DNA of 57,497 bases, counting the filler, from Stramenopiles sp. TOSAG23-3 (taxonomy: Eukaryota): NCBI GenBank assembly GCA_900128585.1. It is 3 parts of 3 records of this genome, joined end to end, with 100 filler letters (N's around TTAATTAATTAA, not from the genome) between each part and the next. Parts side by side here need not be neighbours in the genome. Positions count along the whole stretch, not along the records: positions 38,431 to 57,497 come from LT642409.1; 2 more parts are not named here. One strand, 5' to 3'. The notes beneath the pieces are model-generated. The model did not search any database, was not told the DNA's origin, and saw only the letters and a list, made by a program, of their open reading frames with translations. The position numbers were made by a program, and so were the translations under genes. Within the stretch, counting starts at the first letter, position 1. Every line of letters begins with the position of its first letter. Below, piece after piece: positions 52,350-57,497 of the stretch.

Positions 52350-55084
52350 TTAATTTAAATCTGGCTCTGTCACACTCATATTTTTCATCAAATGCCGGGT
52401 AACAAAACCGTTAAACTTTAAAGGCTCTTCGTTATCAAGAAAAAATGTTTCCCTGTCATCACTCTCCAACATCTCCGTCCCAAACATGCATGATGTTGTC
52501 CTCCCTAATGCATAGACAATATGGGGGGTTTGGTTCATGGATTCTTTAATAAACTCTGGAAGCCAGCTCTGGTCAAATCGGCATACCACAACCAAACCAG
52601 ATCTATCGCTGCTTGGGGGGCTGGCAGCTTCCCCTTGATTGCTTCGAGGAGTGTACACTACGTTCAAAACCTCAATGTCTACTTTTCTGTTTTGCTGCAG
52701 AGACCAAAAATGGTCAGCAGCCTTCGACGGCGAGTACGTAAGGTTCAGGTGAAGCTTTGAAACTTCACGCAGCTCCGTTTGAGAAAATCCGGTATTGGTA
52801 GCGATTTCATTGAGCAGATCTACATGATGTTTTTGTAAAGGAACATCTAGCGCCCAATACTTAGTCTCAACAACATCCACGTAGTTAAACGGTGACCATG
52901 ACTTGCCTCCGATTATGTGGTCACTAAACAAGTCGATAAGATTCTGCTCCATTCCGTCTATCGCTAATAGTGGAGTTTGAAGACAACCTGGAAATAGCTT
53001 CAATTTTTCTAACAATTTCCGTGTGTCCATTAAGGTCTCGAACATTCTTGTTCCGGTACCGTGCAATCTCTCCTTGAAACTGTCGACTGTATCGCCCGAC
53101 AAATCAAGTGGGCATAGAGCCACAAATTTTACGTCGTAAGATTCCACAATTTTCGAGGACTGCAGCAGCCGTTTTAATCGTGTAAATTCGGAACAGTTCA
53201 GTATACTTTTGCCATAAAAAACTATCTCGTTGCTCCTGGTGGTGGTCAAAAACGACTCTTCAAAGTCGTTTTCCGTGGTGTATTTGTCCGCCTCGATTAT
53301 TGCTGCGCTTACGTCCTCCTGGTATTTTAGTTTGTTGAAACTTCCGGACAGAATTGATGATGCTCCTGCCCCGTACGGGACGCACGTGACCATGCATATT
53401 GTAACGCTTGGCTTCTCATTTGCTTGGACAGAAATCGATCCGTTCAAGTATTTTTCTTCGAACTGCTCAAATTCTTTCAAGAAGAACCCCTTGGCCAAAT
53501 TCAATCGAACCGCTGGCCTTTGTTGTACATACAGAGCCCACTGCTGCATTTTGTTGCGGTGGACTATGCACTGCTTAGCAGGAATTCTCCAATTGTGGAA
53601 AAAACTTTCAATTTGCCGCAAAAACATTTTGGCCCCGTGCTCTAATAACACAGAGATTATGTTTCTATTTCCAAACGTGCGCTCAAGGTAAGGCACCAGC
53701 ATCCATGCCTTTGGTGGAACGTGCAAATCGGTAACTAAGTCCGGCCAAGGCAGCAACTTCGTTTTCAAATTCATCCGCTCGTCGTTAAATACAAAAATAT
53801 GACCGTGGTGTAAATGTGCGACTCTTTCAGGGTCAAACTTTGACGCTTGTTCGTAAAAATCTTCGACAACTTTGTCGCTGGATAAACTGAGTATTGCGGC
53901 ATTCAATTGCGATTGGCTGCTGGACATACCAGCGTAGGAATTATCTTCTTGTGCTCTATTCCAATTCAAAAAGTACACGGACACCATCTCTGGGGGTATA
54001 TTATCAAATAGATGGTAGTCGTTTTTGTCTTTTTTCTTAATTTTTTGGTTAAACTCAACGGAGTGCATCCTCGAAAGCACGGCTTTAACGTGCTCTATGG
54101 ACGTCATCTTCGCTTTATATGTCCACTTTAAAAACTTGCTCTTGTTCCTAATGTACGGCGATCTATCTGGTCCTGCAACAAGCCGTTGCAGGCGCATGTT
54201 TGTATTTAAACTTCTGTTCCTGAATATGTTTGACAGCTGAGACATTTCTTCAAAAAAATCGATTTTGACACGTACTAGCTTCGCAACCAGGCCTTTCAGC
54301 ATCTCTGTAGTTGGAAATATGAGTGGAGGGTAGTAGAATTGAGTGTTAGCGTGTGCTGGATGATTTTGGACCGTATAATGAGATACTTACGTCCTTGAAT
54401 ATCCCCATGATCGAGCGGCGGATCAACCATTTTGGAGATACACTTAGTGGACACAAAAAAGGCCCACAATTCAGCGTATGTGCTAAACCTGTAAATTTCT
54501 TGTAAAGCGGTAATAACTGCGTCTGCATTGTCTATGCCAATCCACCACGTTTCGTTCGGTACCAAATTAAACAGTGCAGCAATCCGAATAGTCTGATCAA
54601 CACTCAACAGTGTATCTTTCTGAAAACAGTGCGTCAAAACGATGTATGAAAGGATCGGGGAGGAACCGCTGTCCCCCCACTCTTCTTGATCCGTCACGCA
54701 TTCAAAGTCTAAAGTTATTTGGTAAGACTCTAGGAATAATATGAGCCTGTCTAGTTTCTCTTCGCCTACTAGAGACACCAATATTTTGTCGGCGACCCCT
54801 GTGAGCTCATCGTTACAGGAATGCTTTGAGAACGTTACCAGTTTCCCTCTAAGAGCGGTTACGATGTACGGGACTCCAGAATGCCGAAGGGATAGCAGCA
54901 CGCCACACTGAGTCCCAGATTTACCTTGTCGGTCCTCTAAAAGGCCCTCTAACTGCGACGAAAAATCGGAATCGAATGAAACAAAATCGTGAGTAGTACG
55001 CTCATCCTCTCCAACATCGGATTGAAAGGAAGCGAGGGTGCTCACGGACGTGCAATTTGAAAGTATTGAGTCAACCTGTTCCAT
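52350..55084 (-). CDS. Plant-type tRNA ligase (RNL) homologue with degenerate catalytic motifs, 2 exons (55084-54391, 54304-52350), about 882 aa
   Basis: Collinear similarity to recalled plant RNL segments: SLRHSG, FSKHS, FECVT..GDSGSSP, LVPNETW, spliced DHGDIQGQMLKGLVAKLV, YLERTFGNRN, QQWALYV; then kinase-like and 2H-like (HLNL, PHIV) regions. Confidence 0.78.
54305..54390 (-). mobile_element. Introner-like spliceosomal intron, copy 1 (86 nt, phase 1)
   Basis: GTAAGT..GCTAAC..TACAG; removal joins the two ORFs in frame; 78 of 86 positions identical to the intron at 56271-56361. Confidence 0.85.
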
Positions 55085-55559
55085 GCCGAAACCGAACCTC
55101 TGTTGCCCCTCTTACTACCTCTTTTTGCTGGTTTTGGAGCATGCTGTTTATCGCTTGGTCGATTTTTGTACCGATTGATTTTTTGAAAGCTACGATACGA
55201 TTACAGAGCCAAACCATCGTTGTGTTTCCACGCTTCTCTCAATGACTGTTGCCCAACATATTATTTTGTTGCTTTAGTCACTTTGCTTCTTCTAAGCAAT
55301 GCTATATACCTGTTGTTATTATAGAATAAAATAATGTCTGCTTTCATTTCTCCTCCTCTGTTCGTTTTTTCACAGACTTGCTGTTCCATTTCAACTCCTT
55401 CCTAGTTCCTTTCGACATTTATTTTTTCCAAACTTTCAACGAAAACCAAAAGGCCAAATAAAACGTCTTTCTTTACACAGGGCTTTAAGTATTTTACTAA
55501 AATAACTTTCTTCTTAAATATATTTTCCAATTTAATGGGCGCGGCTTTGATGTACCAAA

Positions 55560-56976
55560 TCAATTGCCATTCGTCGTGGCCTCTGGCTCAGTTTTCAGCT
55601 CCGCGTTTGGCACAGCTTCTGGCTCAGTTTTATGTTCAGCTTCAGCGTTTGCCTCCGCTTTTTCGGCGCGGGCGTTGAATGCGTTTAAGTATTCAGAATC
55701 TGGGAAAATGTACTTGGTCCCAAAATATCTCTGGGTGTTGCTCAAATAGTTCAAAAAATCTTGCAAGTAGGCCTGCAATTTTTGTGAACGCTCCGTTTTC
55801 ATGTCGCACATGGACAATAGCACGGGGAGCTTTACAAACAGGCGCAATAGGTGCTCCACGCCATACTTTAGGGATGGTCGTAACGTGCTTGAATCAGGTG
55901 CAGATTTTGATGGCGAGATTGGAGTCTCGGCGCTGCACTCGGGTGCAGCCACGCCTGCGCCCACGCCTGAGTTTACGGATGATCCGATCATCAGTTTATC
56001 GTATTGCTGCCTTTCCAGACGGTACAGCAAACAACGCCCTAAGGAGGCATTAAAAAACTCTTCGATTCCGACAGCAACTTCTTTGTACGCCTTCAGCGCA
56101 TCGCTGTTATCGCTCAATTTCTTTGCCTCTTTCCGCGCGTTCAAGTATTCTGACAAAACGGTCTTTACGCACGGTGTCCTGGGCAAAGAAACTAAGCGCT
56201 TGTCCTGCGCCACCATTTCCCAGTCTTGCACGAGGCGCTTTTTTAAACTTAAAGATATGTTGAGCTTGAACTGTACGCGTGTTGGAAATATGAGAGGAGG
56301 GTAGTAGAATTGAGTGTTAGAATGTGCTGGAGGGTTTTTGACCGAATAACGAGATACTTACGTTCTCCACGTATGACGTGTTGTCAATTTCTTTCCTTGA
56401 ATTGACCGACATGTTACCCAAGCGGTTGCCTGAGCGCGCTGATTTTACATCGTCGCTGATGACGTGCTTCTCTTTGACGACCCGTTCCCTTTTGGGCTTG
56501 GGTTGCCGTTTCGCGGTCTTTGCTTTTTTTCCCCGCGTGCGGGCGGCGCCCTGTTTTCCGGCGTCGGTCGTGACGGGTCCAAAGGCTATTTCCTGCTTGC
56601 GTTTGCGTTCCAATGCTTTGCGCTCTTTCTCTTGCCGTACCAAAGATTTTTGTATGTCCCGGTTCTCTGGGGTGTTGTCGTAAACAAACTCTTGCTCCAC
56701 CCACGCATCAAATCGTTTTGACCACCCGTTGTAGTGAACAAAATATGCGCAAAGGCTCTCCTTCCCATCTTTCTGAGGGGCAGCTTCGATTTTCAAAACT
56801 TTTGCGTGGAACAAGTTTGGGCCCCACTGGCACAAAAGCGCGTCCCCCACTTTAAATCTTACTTTGCTGGGCACTGGAAAATCCACTTCTTCTGGTGCAT
56901 GATCTTCTACCTGCTCTAAACTGGATTCCTCCGCTTCTGGTTCCAAACTCGCGCTGGGGCTACCTTCCGTGCTCAT
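55560..56976 (-). CDS. MRG15/Eaf3 family chromatin protein, 2 exons (56976-56362, 56270-55560), about 441 aa
   Basis: Chromo-barrel AKVL..YFVHYNGWSKRFDAWV; MRG domain LKKRLVQDWE, LVSLPR, LLYRLERQQY, YGVEHLLRLFVKLP. Confidence 0.93.
56271..56361 (-). mobile_element. Introner-like spliceosomal intron, copy 2 (91 nt, phase 0)
   Basis: GTAAGT..TCTAAC..TACAG; removal gives YVEN|FKLNISLSLKKRLVQDWE; near-identical to 54305-54390. Confidence 0.85.
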
Positions 56977-57351
56977 TGTCAACTACAACAAAGTAAAGTT
57001 CTTTTTAAATAATGAAGACACAACTCTACACCAGTTTTGTAAATTTTTTGCTTTATCCAGAATGTTTTGGTCCTAGTTCTTAATGCAAAAAATTGTTTCA
57101 TTCGTATCCTCTATATATATTAAAATACGAACCAACGATGAAATCGTTAAATGTCAAAAAAATGAAAAGTTAAATTGTCTTTGCTTCTTCTTCTTTTTTT
57201 TTCTTCTCTTCTTCTTCTTTTTTTTTTTCTTCTTTTCTTCTTCTCCTCTTCTCTTCTTCTTCTTGGCGCTTGGCGGCTTGAGAAGAGGAGGATGGATGGG
57301 GTTGGTCGTCCGGTATTGTATTTTTATTGTATTCTTCTATTATTATTTTAG

Positions 57352-57497
57352 AAAAGAGAAGAAGAAGAAGAAGAAGAAGAAGAAGAAGAAGAAGAAGAAG
57401 AAGAAAGAAAGAAAGAAGAAGAAGAAGAAGAAAGAAGAAAGAAGAAGAACAAGAAGAACAAGAAGAAGAAGAAAGAAAGAAAGAAGAAAGAAGAAAG
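57352..57497 (+). repeat. (GAA)n/(GAAA)n purine tract at the window end
   Basis: Direct inspection; a complementary CTT-rich tract lies at about 57184-57263. Confidence 0.95.

Noticed and set aside
57184-57497. CTT-rich and GAA-rich tracts as a large inverted repeat
   Set aside because: Low-complexity complementarity only; similar tracts occur in many spacers in this window.

Overview
Gene-dense, almost intronless eukaryotic DNA, most consistent with a heterotrophic protist (a stramenopile is a guess from gene content, not a proven assignment). Coding regions are moderately GC-rich and separated by short AT-rich spacers full of simple repeats. The window contains two artificial 100-nt contig linkers (44N-TTAATTAATTAA-44N at 19117-19216 and 38331-38430) and two ordinary N gaps, so synteny across the linkers is not established. 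About 25 protein genes or fragments are present: ABCB half-transporter, Sfi1-repeat protein, clan GH-A hydrolase, sulfatase, pectin acetylesterase, LRR, Popeye/cNMP, IQ proteins, HPS5/TECPR2-like, XPA, YeeE/YedE, SulP, kinase-like, NCKX, GH3, RCC1-like, sortilin, plant-type tRNA-ligase-like and MRG. Main observations: (1) two of only three introns I could find, in adjacent unrelated genes, are about 91% identical, the signature of an intron-generating element (introner); (2) one host gene is a full-length plant-type tRNA ligase homologue whose ligase, kinase and phosphodiesterase motifs all appear degenerate; (3) a dispersed AT-rich repeat family (core AAAATTGGCTGTTATTTAAG) is concentrated downstream of stop codons; (4) a cluster of secreted polysaccharide-degrading enzymes; (5) a head-to-head YeeE/SulP sulfur-transporter pair. 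All family assignments are from recalled motifs; no searches were run.
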